The notes under the pieces were generated by a model, which worked only from the letters and a program-made list of their open reading frames with translations, searched no databases and was not told the origin of the DNA. From an uncultured bacterium (GTDB lineage Bacteria > Planctomycetota > UBA1135 > UBA2386): a stretch of DNA of 54,595 nucleotides. The position numbers were made by a program, and so were the translations under genes. Each line of letters opens with the position of its first letter. Positions within the stretch are counted from its first letter, which is position 1. Positions 44,436-53,502 of this stretch are shown here, in pieces. The stretch lies in NCBI GenBank assembly GCA_963974725.1, contig CAXBFC010000002.1:1-54595 (forward strand). Reading direction: 5' to 3'.

Positions 44436-45257
44436 ATGAACCTGCTCGAACTTGCTGCGCCCCTGATGCTCTGGGCCTGGTCCACGCTGGCGGCACTCTT
44501 CGCCGTGCTGTGGCTGGTCCAGCTGCGCAGCAAGAAAGCCACCTCGGTCGACCTCGCCTGGGCAGCGTCCATCGGCATGGTCGCTGTGGTCGCCGCGATT
44601 GTAGCAACCGGCAGCGGGCCACAGCGCCTGCTGGCGGCGGTTCTGGCTGGCTCCTGGAGCGCGAGGCTCAGCTGGCACTTGCTGGTCGACCGCGTCCAGA
44701 CCGACAAAGCCGAAGACGGCCGCTATCAAACGCTGCGCCGGCTGCTCGGCAAACGTGAAGCCGTCGGATTCTTCTTCGTCTACCAACTTCAGGCACTACT
44801 GGCCGTCGGCTTGGCGACGCCATTCGTGCTGCTCGCATACTCGTCCGAGCTGACGATCGCGCCGGTGCAATCCGGCGGCGTCGCGCTGGTGATCGTCAGC
44901 CAGCTGTTCGTCGCCACCGCCGACCGACAACGGGCCGAGCACCGGGCCAATCCAAGCATGCGCGGCACGACGTGCCGCAGCGGCCTCTGGCGCTACAGCC
45001 GTCACCCCAACTACTTCTTCGAATGGCTGACTTGGTGTGGGTTCGGCATTGCCCAGCTCCCCGCACTCGGCTGGTTGGCTGCGATTGCACCACTCGCAAT
45101 GTGGCTCTCGATCCGCATCTTCACCGGCGTGCCATTCACGGAAAAGCGTGCGCTGGTTTCGCGCGGTGATGACGGCCGACGCTACATGGCGGAGACCAAC
45201 GAGTTCTTCCCTGGGCCGCCGCCACAAACCCTTCCGACACCCTCCACGCAATCATGA
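44436..45257 (+). CDS. DUF1295 family membrane protein (steroid-5-alpha-reductase / ICMT-like fold)
   Basis: The product is multi-TM and carries the signature GLWRYSRHPNYFFEWLTW. Confidence 0.8.
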   Translation: MNLLELAAPLMLWAWSTLAALFAVLWLVQLRSKKATSVDLAWAASIGMVAVVAAIVATGSGPQRLLAAVLAGSWSARLSWHLLVDRVQTDKAEDGRYQTLRRLLGKREAVGFFFVYQLQALLAVGLATPFVLLAYSSELTIAPVQSGGVALVIVSQLFVATADRQRAEHRANPSMRGTTCRSGLWRYSRHPNYFFEWLTWCGFGIAQLPALGWLAAIAPLAMWLSIRIFTGVPFTEKRALVSRGDDGRRYMAETNEFFPGPPPQTLPTPSTQS

Positions 45258-46321
45258 GTAAAGTGATCGAACGCTGCCTCGAACGCGGCCTTCTCCCGGA
45301 CACCATCGTTCGCGCCGGCATCCGTCGGCTGTTGCGCAAGCGTCTGCGCAGCGAGATGGCTCACGACCCCGAAATCTCTGCGCGCCGACTGAGCGAGTGG
45401 ATTCGCCAGTGTGACACCAGCGTCATCGCCGTGGCGACGGATGCGGCAAACCAGCAGCACTACGAAGTCCCGGCAGCGTTCTTCCAAGCCGTTCTCGGCA
45501 AGTACCGCAAATACAGCTGCGGGCTCTGGAACGCCAAAGCCATGACCCTCGATGACGCGGAAGCGGCCATGCTTGCCAAAACCTGTGAGCGAGCGGGCAT
45601 CGAAGATGGCATGCGCGTCCTGGACCTCGGCTGCGGCTGGGGATCGATGTCGCTGTGGGTCGCGGAGCACTATCCCAACTGTCACGTCGTTGGCGTCAGC
45701 AACTCTGCGAGCCAACGCGAGTCGATCCTTGCGAATGCCAAGGATCGCGGCTTGACCAATGTCGAAATCGTCACCGCCGACGTCAACGAGCTTGAGCTGC
45801 CAGAAGCGAAAGAACAGCCCTTCGATCGCATCGTCTCGATCGAGATGATGGAGCACACGCGCAACTGGCGACAACTACTCGAACGCGCCGCTGGCTGGCT
45901 GCACCCCGATGGCCGGATGTTCGTGCACGTGTTCACTCATCGCTCCGTTGGCTACGAGTTCGTGACGCGCGGTGACGACGACTGGATGGCGCGCCACTTC
46001 TTTACTGGCGGCCAAATGCCAGCGGACTCACAGCTACTTCACTTCCAAGACCACCTGCAGGTTGAGTCGCACTGGCGTGTCAGCGGCCGGCACTACCAAC
46101 GGACGGCCGAGGCGTGGCTGCGCAATCTCGACAAGCACCGCGATGAGGCGACCGCCAGCCTGCGGCGCGTCTACGGCGAAGGCGCCGCCAAGATGACCAA
46201 CCTGTGGCGCGTCTTCTTCATGTCCTGCGCCGAACTGTGGGGCTTTGACAACGGCCGTGAATGGTTGGTGTCCCACTACTTGATGCGACCGCGAACGGGT
46301 GCAAGTCGGGCGAGCAACTAA
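45254..46321 (+). CDS. second CFA-synthase-family SAM methyltransferase
   Basis: It has an ATGA overlap with DUF1295. The blocks are QQHYEVPAAFFQAVLGKYRKYSCGLW, the SAM motif VLDLGCGWGSMSLWVAE, and YQRTAEAW. Confidence 0.85.
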   Translation: MSKVIERCLERGLLPDTIVRAGIRRLLRKRLRSEMAHDPEISARRLSEWIRQCDTSVIAVATDAANQQHYEVPAAFFQAVLGKYRKYSCGLWNAKAMTLDDAEAAMLAKTCERAGIEDGMRVLDLGCGWGSMSLWVAEHYPNCHVVGVSNSASQRESILANAKDRGLTNVEIVTADVNELELPEAKEQPFDRIVSIEMMEHTRNWRQLLERAAGWLHPDGRMFVHVFTHRSVGYEFVTRGDDDWMARHFFTGGQMPADSQLLHFQDHLQVESHWRVSGRHYQRTAEAWLRNLDKHRDEATASLRRVYGEGAAKMTNLWRVFFMSCAELWGFDNGREWLVSHYLMRPRTGASRASN

Positions 46322-46420
46322 CCTCTGGCTCCTAGCGCACGACCGCCGCGCAATTGGTTGCTTCTTGTTGCGGCGCCGTACTAACATCGAGTGCCCCATC
46401 AGATCCGAAGTTCTGCACCG

Positions 46421-48505
46421 ATGAACCGATTGGCCATGTCGTTGCTCGCAGCCCTGCTGCTGAGCCCTTCTGTCTTTGCGCAGCGTCCTGTTGATCACCT
46501 TGCCCTCGGCAAGATGTGGACGTTTGAGAATCCGCCGCTCGCCTACCTCGAAAAGGAATACGGGTTCAGGCCGGATCAGAAGTGGCTCGATTCGCTTCGC
46601 CTTGGCGCGCTTCGCCTTGGCGAACAGGACAACCCTTGGTGCTCCGCGTCGTTCGTATCGCCGCGGGGCTTGATCATGACCAATCATCACTGCGTGCGGG
46701 ATCAGATCGCGCAAGTGCAGGGCACGAACAAGTGGGTCCAGAACGGCTTTGCGGCGACGGCGCTCGAAGACGAGGTGCGCATTCCCGGTCTAACGGTGCA
46801 GCAGTTGATCGCGCAAGAAGATGTGACCGCGAGGGTCGAAGCGGGCATCGAAGCAACCGACGCGGACGCCACCATCGCCGACAAGCGAAGGGCCAACATC
46901 GACGCGATCACGAAGGCCGCCGACGCGGCACACGCCGACTCAATGCATCAAGTCGTGTCGCTGTATCAGGGCGCGGTCTACCAGCTGTATCGCTACCGCG
47001 TTTGGGACGACCTGCGGTTGGTGGTCGCGCCTCACCTGCAGACGGCACACTTTGGCGGCGACCCGGACAACTTCACGTTTCCCCGCTGGAGCATCGACTT
47101 CGCGTTCATCCGCGCCTACATCGACGACAAGCCCGCAGACACTTCGGCACACTACTTTCGCTGGCGCAAAGAAGGCGCGAAGGAAAACGATCTGGTGTTC
47201 GTGCCGGGCAACCCCGGCAACACCAACCGGCAGATGACGATGCAGCAGCTGCATCTGCAACGTGAGGTCGACTACCCGATGGTGCTTGAGCAGTTTCAGA
47301 ACAGCATCAACATCCTCGAGCCGTTCAAGGATCGTGCGCCGCAACTGCTGACCACACTGCTTGGTTGGCAAAACAGCTACAAGGCCATCAAGGGCATGCT
47401 CGCCGGGCTCGAAGATCCCGAACTGATGATGAAGAAGCAGGACCACGAGCAGCACTTCCGCGGCGTGATTGCAGAAGACCCAGAGCTCGGCAAGCAGTAC
47501 GGCGACCTGTGGCGCGAGATCAACAAACTGGTCGGCAAGCAGCGCGAACTGCTACCGAAGGCGATGTTCTATCAGCCGGGGTTCTCGGGCGTGATCCAGC
47601 GCGGCCTGTTGATCGCCGAAAGCTTCGACGAAACCGTCGACGCCAAGGATCGCGAAATAGCCAAGCAGCAAGCGCTTGAGTTTGCCGGTGGCAGCAGCCC
47701 ACTGACGCACGCGCTGTTGATTGATCAGTTCGAACGCGCAACCAAGTGGTTGCGACCGGACGACGCGTTCTTGGTCGCAGTTGGCGGCGAGCACCGCAGC
47801 GGTCGCGGCACCGATTGGGCGGCGGCGATCGGCAGCCTCAACCAGAGCAAGCTGACCCGCGACCAGTTTGCGCGGCTGATGCTCACCGAACCCAACGGCA
47901 CGGAGCAGTGGCTAAAGAGCGACGACGCTGGCGTGCGCGCAGCGCGCGCTTTGTGGCCGCTCATGCAAGCCACCGAACAACAGCAGAAGGTGCTCGACGA
48001 TGGCTTGGCGAAGCAAGGCACCCGCCTCGGCCGGGCGCTGCATAAGGTCTACGGCAGCAACATCAGCCCCGATGCAACGATGACGCTGCGCTTCTCCGAC
48101 GGCCGCGTCAAGGGCTACGAATACAACGGCACGCTGGCACCGTGGGCTACGACGTTTTACGGGCTGTATGGCCGCGGCATCGAGTTTGGCAACGCCTACC
48201 CATTCGACATCCCAGATGCCTGGTTGGAAAACGAAGCCAAGATCGACTTGTCGAAGAAGGTCTGCTTTGCGAGCACCAACGACATCGTCGGCGGCAATTC
48301 CGGCTCGTGCATCGTCGACGAACAACTGCGTATCGTCGGCCTCGTCTTCGACGGCAACATCGAGTCGCTGCCAAACGACTTCTACTTCAGCCAGCAGATC
48401 GCGCGCGCCGTCAACGTGCACACCGATGCAATCATCACCGCGCTGCAGCACGTCTACGGCATGTCGCGTATTGTCGACGAACTGCGCGATGGCGCCGAAC
48501 GCTGA
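46421..48505 (+). CDS. S46 family dipeptidyl-peptidase (DPP7/DPP11-like)
   Basis: It has a signal peptide from ATG 46421. The His block is CSASFVSPRGLIMTNHHCV and the catalytic Ser block is DIVGGNSGSCIV. The GTG at 46391 is an alternative start. Confidence 0.85.
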   Translation: MNRLAMSLLAALLLSPSVFAQRPVDHLALGKMWTFENPPLAYLEKEYGFRPDQKWLDSLRLGALRLGEQDNPWCSASFVSPRGLIMTNHHCVRDQIAQVQGTNKWVQNGFAATALEDEVRIPGLTVQQLIAQEDVTARVEAGIEATDADATIADKRRANIDAITKAADAAHADSMHQVVSLYQGAVYQLYRYRVWDDLRLVVAPHLQTAHFGGDPDNFTFPRWSIDFAFIRAYIDDKPADTSAHYFRWRKEGAKENDLVFVPGNPGNTNRQMTMQQLHLQREVDYPMVLEQFQNSINILEPFKDRAPQLLTTLLGWQNSYKAIKGMLAGLEDPELMMKKQDHEQHFRGVIAEDPELGKQYGDLWREINKLVGKQRELLPKAMFYQPGFSGVIQRGLLIAESFDETVDAKDREIAKQQALEFAGGSSPLTHALLIDQFERATKWLRPDDAFLVAVGGEHRSGRGTDWAAAIGSLNQSKLTRDQFARLMLTEPNGTEQWLKSDDAGVRAARALWPLMQATEQQQKVLDDGLAKQGTRLGRALHKVYGSNISPDATMTLRFSDGRVKGYEYNGTLAPWATTFYGLYGRGIEFGNAYPFDIPDAWLENEAKIDLSKKVCFASTNDIVGGNSGSCIVDEQLRIVGLVFDGNIESLPNDFYFSQQIARAVNVHTDAIITALQHVYGMSRIVDELRDGAER

Positions 48506-48524
48506 GCGCCAACAGCACCCCAAA

Positions 48525-48551
48525 ACGCCCGCCAAAAAAACTGTCGGGCGT
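48525..48551 (+). terminator. weak hairpin after the S46 peptidase gene
   Basis: ACGCCCG (48525-48531) pairs with CGGGCGT (48545-48551) around an A-rich 13-nt loop. There is no U-tract. Confidence 0.25.
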
Positions 48552-48683
48552 ATGCACGTGAACTCGCAATCGCAAGGTAACTACGGGTGCCGCACGAGGT
48601 AGATCGCGCGGCACGCACGCCAGCGTGCCGTACCATTTGGTAGCCTGTGGCCTAACTACCTGGCCCGCAATCGCAACGACTTC

Positions 48684-51023
48684 ATGCGCGCAGTCTCGAT
48701 CACCAACTTCATCCTCCTTGCCACCGCATCGCTGGCACTGATCGCCGCGAACACCGCACCCTTCTTCGTCGCGTCAACCGACGTGCAACAACCTGGCACC
48801 CAGCCAGGCGAAGCAGCGATCCTCGGCAGCCTGCCGCAGTGTGATGGCTGCCACGGCTACTACAACCCAGATGTCGAGCCGGTTGAGAACTGGATGGGCA
48901 GTATGATGGCGCAAGCCGGCCGCGACCCGGTGTTCTGGGCGGCACTCGCCGTTGCCGACAGCGACTTCCCCGGCGCTGGTGACTACTGCATTCGCTGCCA
49001 CTCGCCGCGCGGTTGGAACGAAGGCCGCACCACACCGACCGACGGATCGGGCCTCAACCCAACCACCGATCACAACGGCATCGAGTGTGGCATCTGCCAC
49101 CAACTCACCAACCCCGATGCCAGCGAACACGCCGGAAAACAGTTCTCTCCCTACATCGCGCATTCGGGCGGAGCCAATCCGGAAGGGTTCTACGGCAGCG
49201 GCATGGCGGTGCTCGCCGGCGACCAGACGCGCTACGGACCGTACGCATCGACCACTTCTGGCCACCCGTTCGTGCAGTCGGAGTTCCACCGGTCGGCGCA
49301 GCTCTGTGGCACGTGCCACGAAGTCTCCAACCCGGTAACCGGCGACCTGGCGCCAAACAACGGCGCGCACACGCCGCTGCCGATGGGCCAATTCAGCGGG
49401 GTATCCGGCGCACCGGTCACGCAGAAGGCCGCGTTCAACAACCCGCCGTACGCATACGGAACCGTCGAGCGCACGTTCAGTGAGCACGCCGCGAGTTCGC
49501 TGTCGACGATGCTGGTCAGCAACTACAGCACGCTGCCTCAAGACCTGCAACGCGGCGCCATCAAGCGCGCCTACGACCAGGCGTTGCTCGCGCAAACCGG
49601 CGGCAACCACGAAGACGGCACCGACCGAACGTTCAGCTGCCAGTCGTGCCACATGGAACCTGTCGTTGGCGAAGGTGCAGCCTTTGGTATCGCGCCGTTG
49701 CGCTACGACCTGCCGCGCCACGATCTGACAGGCGGCAACACGTGGGTGCCCAACGCAATCCAATGGCTCGACAACCAGGTGCCGAGCCGCCTGCGTCTCG
49801 GCCAAGGAATCACTCCGGTGATGGGCGCCGCGATGAACCGCGGTGTCATTCGCGCACGCGCCTCTCTGCAACGCGCCGGCGCGCTCGATGGCATCAACGA
49901 CAACACGACGATGCGCGTCACCAACCTGACCGGCCACAAGCTGATCACCGGTTACCCCGAAGGCCGGCGCATGTGGTTGCGCGTTCGCTGGCTCAATGAC
50001 CAGCTACAAGTCATCCAAGAGGATGGCGGCTACGACCAGATCACGACGACGGTCAACGGCACCAACCACCAGGTGCACACGATCACCGATCCCAACGCGC
50101 GCATCTACCAAGCAAAGTTGGCGATCACGCAAGACTGGGCCTTCCAGATGCTCGGCCTAGGTATCAACCCGGTCCTGCCACTGACCTTCGATCGCATCAC
50201 CGGTCAACCGACGATGACGCTGGCACAACTCGCGGTGAGCCCGCCCGGCACCGAAGTCGAGACGTTCCATTTCGTGCTCAACAACAAGCTGGTCTCCGAC
50301 AACCGCATCCCACCATACGGCTTCTCGCGCGATGACGCCGAGACCCGCAACGCCTTGCCGATCCCGGAAACGCAGTTCGGCAACCCGGGTCCCGGTGGCG
50401 TCTACGACTACTTTGACGACGTGCCGCTCTCGCCCCCGCCGGGAGCCACCCGCGCGGAGTTCGAGTTGATGTATCAGACCTCGAGTTGGGAGTACATCCA
50501 GTTCTTGCTGCTGGCAAACCCCGGCACGAGCCCGTTCCTGGCATCCGCCGGCCAAGACTTGTTCGACGCCTACATGGCGACCGGCGGCTCGGCCCCCGAA
50601 GTCATGACCAGCGCGCGCTGGTGCAACATGCCCGGCACGAACGAAGACCTCGTGGTCAAGACGGCGGTCAACGGCGCGCCGTTCGACGACACCTGCGCCA
50701 AGCGTGTCGCCGCCGGTGACGTGCTCAACGTGCAAGTCATCAGCCCCGGCAACTCGCACACCGCGAACGTCGGCGGCCTGTTCTTGCAGATCCACAACCC
50801 ATGGGCACCGCCAACCGCCGGCTTCATCCCCGGCTTGTGGCTCGACAACAGCAACGCGTCGGTAATCATCCCAGGCCTTCCGATCACCGGCTACTCGCTC
50901 AACGTGACCCTGCCCGCCGGCCTCGGCAGCCAGATGTTCCGCTGGCAAGCATTGATGCTGACGTCGAACCCGGCGAACGGTTTGTTCGCGCTGAGCAACG
51001 CGCACGACTTCTACCAACGCTGA
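48684..51023 (+). CDS. pentaheme c-type cytochrome family protein with a large C-terminal extension (paralog of 23998-25599)
   Basis: It has five CxxCH motifs (CDGCH, CIRCH, CGICH, CGTCH, CQSCH). It shares the WMGSMMAQAGRDPVFW block and the motif spacing with the other copy. An N-terminal anchor is present. Confidence 0.8.
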   Translation: MRAVSITNFILLATASLALIAANTAPFFVASTDVQQPGTQPGEAAILGSLPQCDGCHGYYNPDVEPVENWMGSMMAQAGRDPVFWAALAVADSDFPGAGDYCIRCHSPRGWNEGRTTPTDGSGLNPTTDHNGIECGICHQLTNPDASEHAGKQFSPYIAHSGGANPEGFYGSGMAVLAGDQTRYGPYASTTSGHPFVQSEFHRSAQLCGTCHEVSNPVTGDLAPNNGAHTPLPMGQFSGVSGAPVTQKAAFNNPPYAYGTVERTFSEHAASSLSTMLVSNYSTLPQDLQRGAIKRAYDQALLAQTGGNHEDGTDRTFSCQSCHMEPVVGEGAAFGIAPLRYDLPRHDLTGGNTWVPNAIQWLDNQVPSRLRLGQGITPVMGAAMNRGVIRARASLQRAGALDGINDNTTMRVTNLTGHKLITGYPEGRRMWLRVRWLNDQLQVIQEDGGYDQITTTVNGTNHQVHTITDPNARIYQAKLAITQDWAFQMLGLGINPVLPLTFDRITGQPTMTLAQLAVSPPGTEVETFHFVLNNKLVSDNRIPPYGFSRDDAETRNALPIPETQFGNPGPGGVYDYFDDVPLSPPPGATRAEFELMYQTSSWEYIQFLLLANPGTSPFLASAGQDLFDAYMATGGSAPEVMTSARWCNMPGTNEDLVVKTAVNGAPFDDTCAKRVAAGDVLNVQVISPGNSHTANVGGLFLQIHNPWAPPTAGFIPGLWLDNSNASVIIPGLPITGYSLNVTLPAGLGSQMFRWQALMLTSNPANGLFALSNAHDFYQR

Positions 51024-51350
51024 CGTTCGTTGGGTGTAAGCCTCGCAGAGAAATGGCAGCGAAGTCCTGTCGCATGGCGCCTGAGCCGGCTTGCCAGAAT
51101 GCACCAGGTCCCTGGTCCTACTCTGACGGGAGATCGAGCCGCCGGCATGAGACGGGTCTGCCTATCACGCAACGCCGACCGGATCAGCTTGGCGTTAAGG
51201 GCTGAGTCTCACGCGACGACCCGGTTGGCAAGGAGACCACTCGGGGTACGATGGACAGCGAGGCCACTGCTTTCGGGTGTCGAACGTAGTTCTGCCGGAT
51301 TCCAAGTTAGGCAGATGTTGATTCCCTCACGTAGCCCAAGACCGCTAGGC

Positions 51351-51722
51351 ATGAGCGCGGCGATCATTGTGGCCTTCATGGTGCTGTGGCTTGCGGGGCT
51401 ATTCCTGCACGCGATGGTTGTGCCTTGGATACCGTTGTGGAGCGGTGGGCTCTACGACTGGCGAGTGTGGCAGCAGCCAGCTGATTATTGGGGCCCTCGA
51501 GTCGCAACCGTAGATGGGATCATGTTCCTATTGGTGTTCGGCGTCGCGACATGCGCGAGCCTCTGTGGGGCGATCTGGAGCAGCCTGCTGGCGACACTGC
51601 AGGACGACGTTGTAGGCTACTGCCTAGCTAGATCGCGTTCAGCGTCGCGGGAAACACCGGCAGCGGCTTTGAAGCGGCGGATTCGAGCAAGAAAGCAAAC
51701 TGCCTCGTCCACCGTTGCGTAG
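51351..51722 (+). CDS. hypothetical small membrane protein
   Basis: Only the distal part of ORF 51030-51722 looks coding, with two or three hydrophobic helices from MSAAIIVAFMVLWLAGLF. No homolog is recognised. Confidence 0.3.
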   Translation: MSAAIIVAFMVLWLAGLFLHAMVVPWIPLWSGGLYDWRVWQQPADYWGPRVATVDGIMFLLVFGVATCASLCGAIWSSLLATLQDDVVGYCLARSRSASRETPAAALKRRIRARKQTASSTVA

Positions 51723-51761
51723 TGAGTTTGACGACAAAACCAGGCGCGGCAGGGAGGCTGA

Positions 51762-52193
51762 ATGCGAAGAGCAAAGGATGGTCAGGGTACGTTTGAGTTT
51801 CAACCGGCGACGCTGAAACTGACGGACGATTATCACGAACGCTACCGCCGAATCGACCAAGTGCTTGGCGAGGTACCGGAGATTCTGAAGCGCGCGCACG
51901 CCGATCTTCGGAAGCAGCTGAAGCGTGAGAATCGTCGGCGCGAGCGGCAATGCCGGTACACATCGGACAACGTGCTCCGACTTGTGATCTGCCAGCTGAT
52001 CGAAGGAGCTTCGCTGCGAGAGATCGTGGTGCGCGTTGACGACAGCAACTTCCTTAGGAACTTCTGCCGGTTCGGCCCAGACAAGATGATGGGGCACACC
52101 TTGGTCTGCACTCTTCGGAACGCGATTCGCCCTCAAAGGTGGAAGGCACGTTTCGTTTTGGGCGGTCGGGTTTTGTGTGGGCGAAGAACATGA
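51762..52193 (+). pseudogene. N-terminal fragment of an IS5/IS4-type transposase (InsH N-terminal / DUF772-like)
   Basis: YTSDNVLRLVICQLIEGASLREIVVRVDDSNFLRNFCRFG matches the DUF772 helix-turn-helix pattern (SxxQLxxxLxDSxxFRxFCxxG). No DDE domain follows. Confidence 0.5.
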
Positions 52194-52560
52194 GTGACCT
52201 AAAGAGAGACTGGCTGTGCGCGTGCCTGTTCTTCACGGCCTCTGCATCCTCCCTTGTTGCCGTTGCGACTTCGCGCGATCCGTTCCATCTCAAGTTGATC
52301 ACAGGGTTGGCCACTTGGGTGCTCGGGTTCATCTCACTCGTCCGGCTGAAGCCGAGCGTCGCCGCCCAACTAGATGATGCAGCTGACGATGCTTCGCATC
52401 GCAGCTGATCATCCAAAGACGTGAGAAGGCGGACTGCTGATTGAGTAGCAAGCCAGTGAGCATTCGATCGATCTTCCAGCGAGTGGTGGGTGAGGACCTG
52501 AGCCGGATCGGTTTCGATCTAGTGGCGGGGAAGTCCGTATCCATCCTGGAAGTGGCAAGC

Positions 52561-52650
52561 TGAATCTGACCCACTCGGCAGTCGAAAACTGACCCACCAA
52601 CGGTGACACACGCCGGCACCGCGGCGGTGGCAGTCAAAAACTGACCCACC
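52561..52650. repeat. three direct copies of AA(A/T)CTGACCCAC, a multi-site terminal repeat region of the IS21 element
   Basis: Copies lie at about 52563-52574, 52587-52598 and 52639-52650, immediately beyond the 3' end of istB. IS21-family ends typically carry several transposase-binding repeats. Confidence 0.6.
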
Positions 52651-52728
52651 CGATGCGCTCGGTCCTCCCCACAAGAAGGATCCAAGCAGGCGGGGAGTAG
52701 ACCTGCTCGGATCAATTCAGAAGACCAA

Positions 52729-53502
52729 TCAGCCCGGCTTGTTTTGAGCCTTTCGGCCCTTCGCCGATCGAAGTCGGAAGCTCTCGCCGTTCATCTCAAG
52801 GATGTTGGCTCGATGCGTTACTCGGTCGAGCATCGCGACGGCAAGCCGCTCGGTTTTGAAGACCTGTGCCCATTCACTGAAAGGCAGGTTGCTGTTGACG
52901 ATGACGCTGCCGCGTTCGTGCCTGGCGCTGAAAGCTTGGAAAAGCAACTCAGCGCCTTGCTCCGTGACTGGCAGGTAGCCGAGCTCATCGACGATCAACA
53001 GGTCGATGGTCGCGAGTCGCTTGAGGAAGCGATGCAGCGCGTTCTGTTCCTGCGCGGCTGCGAGTTCGCTGACCAACTCCGTGGCGGTGTAGAAGCGCAC
53101 GCGGCGACTTTGACGGCAGGCTTCAACGCCAAGGCCAATGGAGACGTGCGTCTTACCAGTGCCACTGCTGCCGACGGCGATGATGTTGGCGCCGTCCTTG
53201 ATGTAATCGCCCTTGGCGAGTTCCCACAGTTGCGGCATTGAGATGCCCGACGGTAGAGACGTTTCGTCGAGGTCAGCGAGTTCCTTGATCTGCGGGAAGC
53301 GTGCTTCTTGCAGTCGTCGCTCGATGCGGCGCGTGCATCTGTCATTGACTTCTTCTTCGAGCAAAGCATGAAGGAAGCCCGCGTAGTCGCTGCCGGATTG
53401 CCCGACCTCTTTGGCGATCTTGACGTAGTTCTTCTTGATCGAAGGCAGTCGCAGTTCGCTCAAGAAGAGCTCGATCCGCGCGTCGATGGCAGCCTTAGCC
53501 AC
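52729..53502 (-). CDS. istB: IS21 helper ATPase IstB
   Basis: The GTG at 53502 is preceded by GAGGAGG and overlaps the istA end. Walker A is VGSSGTGKTHVSIGLG, Walker B is LLIVDELGY, and the block ERGSVIVNSNLPFSEW is present. Confidence 0.9.
   Translation of the reverse strand: MAKAAIDARIELFLSELRLPSIKKNYVKIAKEVGQSGSDYAGFLHALLEEEVNDRCTRRIERRLQEARFPQIKELADLDETSLPSGISMPQLWELAKGDYIKDGANIIAVGSSGTGKTHVSIGLGVEACRQSRRVRFYTATELVSELAAAQEQNALHRFLKRLATIDLLIVDELGYLPVTEQGAELLFQAFSARHERGSVIVNSNLPFSEWAQVFKTERLAVAMLDRVTHRANILEMNGESFRLRSAKGRKAQNKPG

Noticed and set aside
48774-51104. Large minus-strand ORFs (48774-49937, 387 aa; 50157-51104, 315 aa) opposite the second cytochrome gene.
   Set aside because: They are shadow ORFs. 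The + strand product has five CxxCH motifs and is paralogous to the other cytochrome.
51030-51350. The upstream two-fifths of ORF 51030-51722 as coding sequence.
   Set aside because: The segment directly follows the cytochrome stop, has an Arg/Ser-rich composition and contains no hydrophobic or conserved features. Only the distal hydrophobic part was kept, at low confidence.
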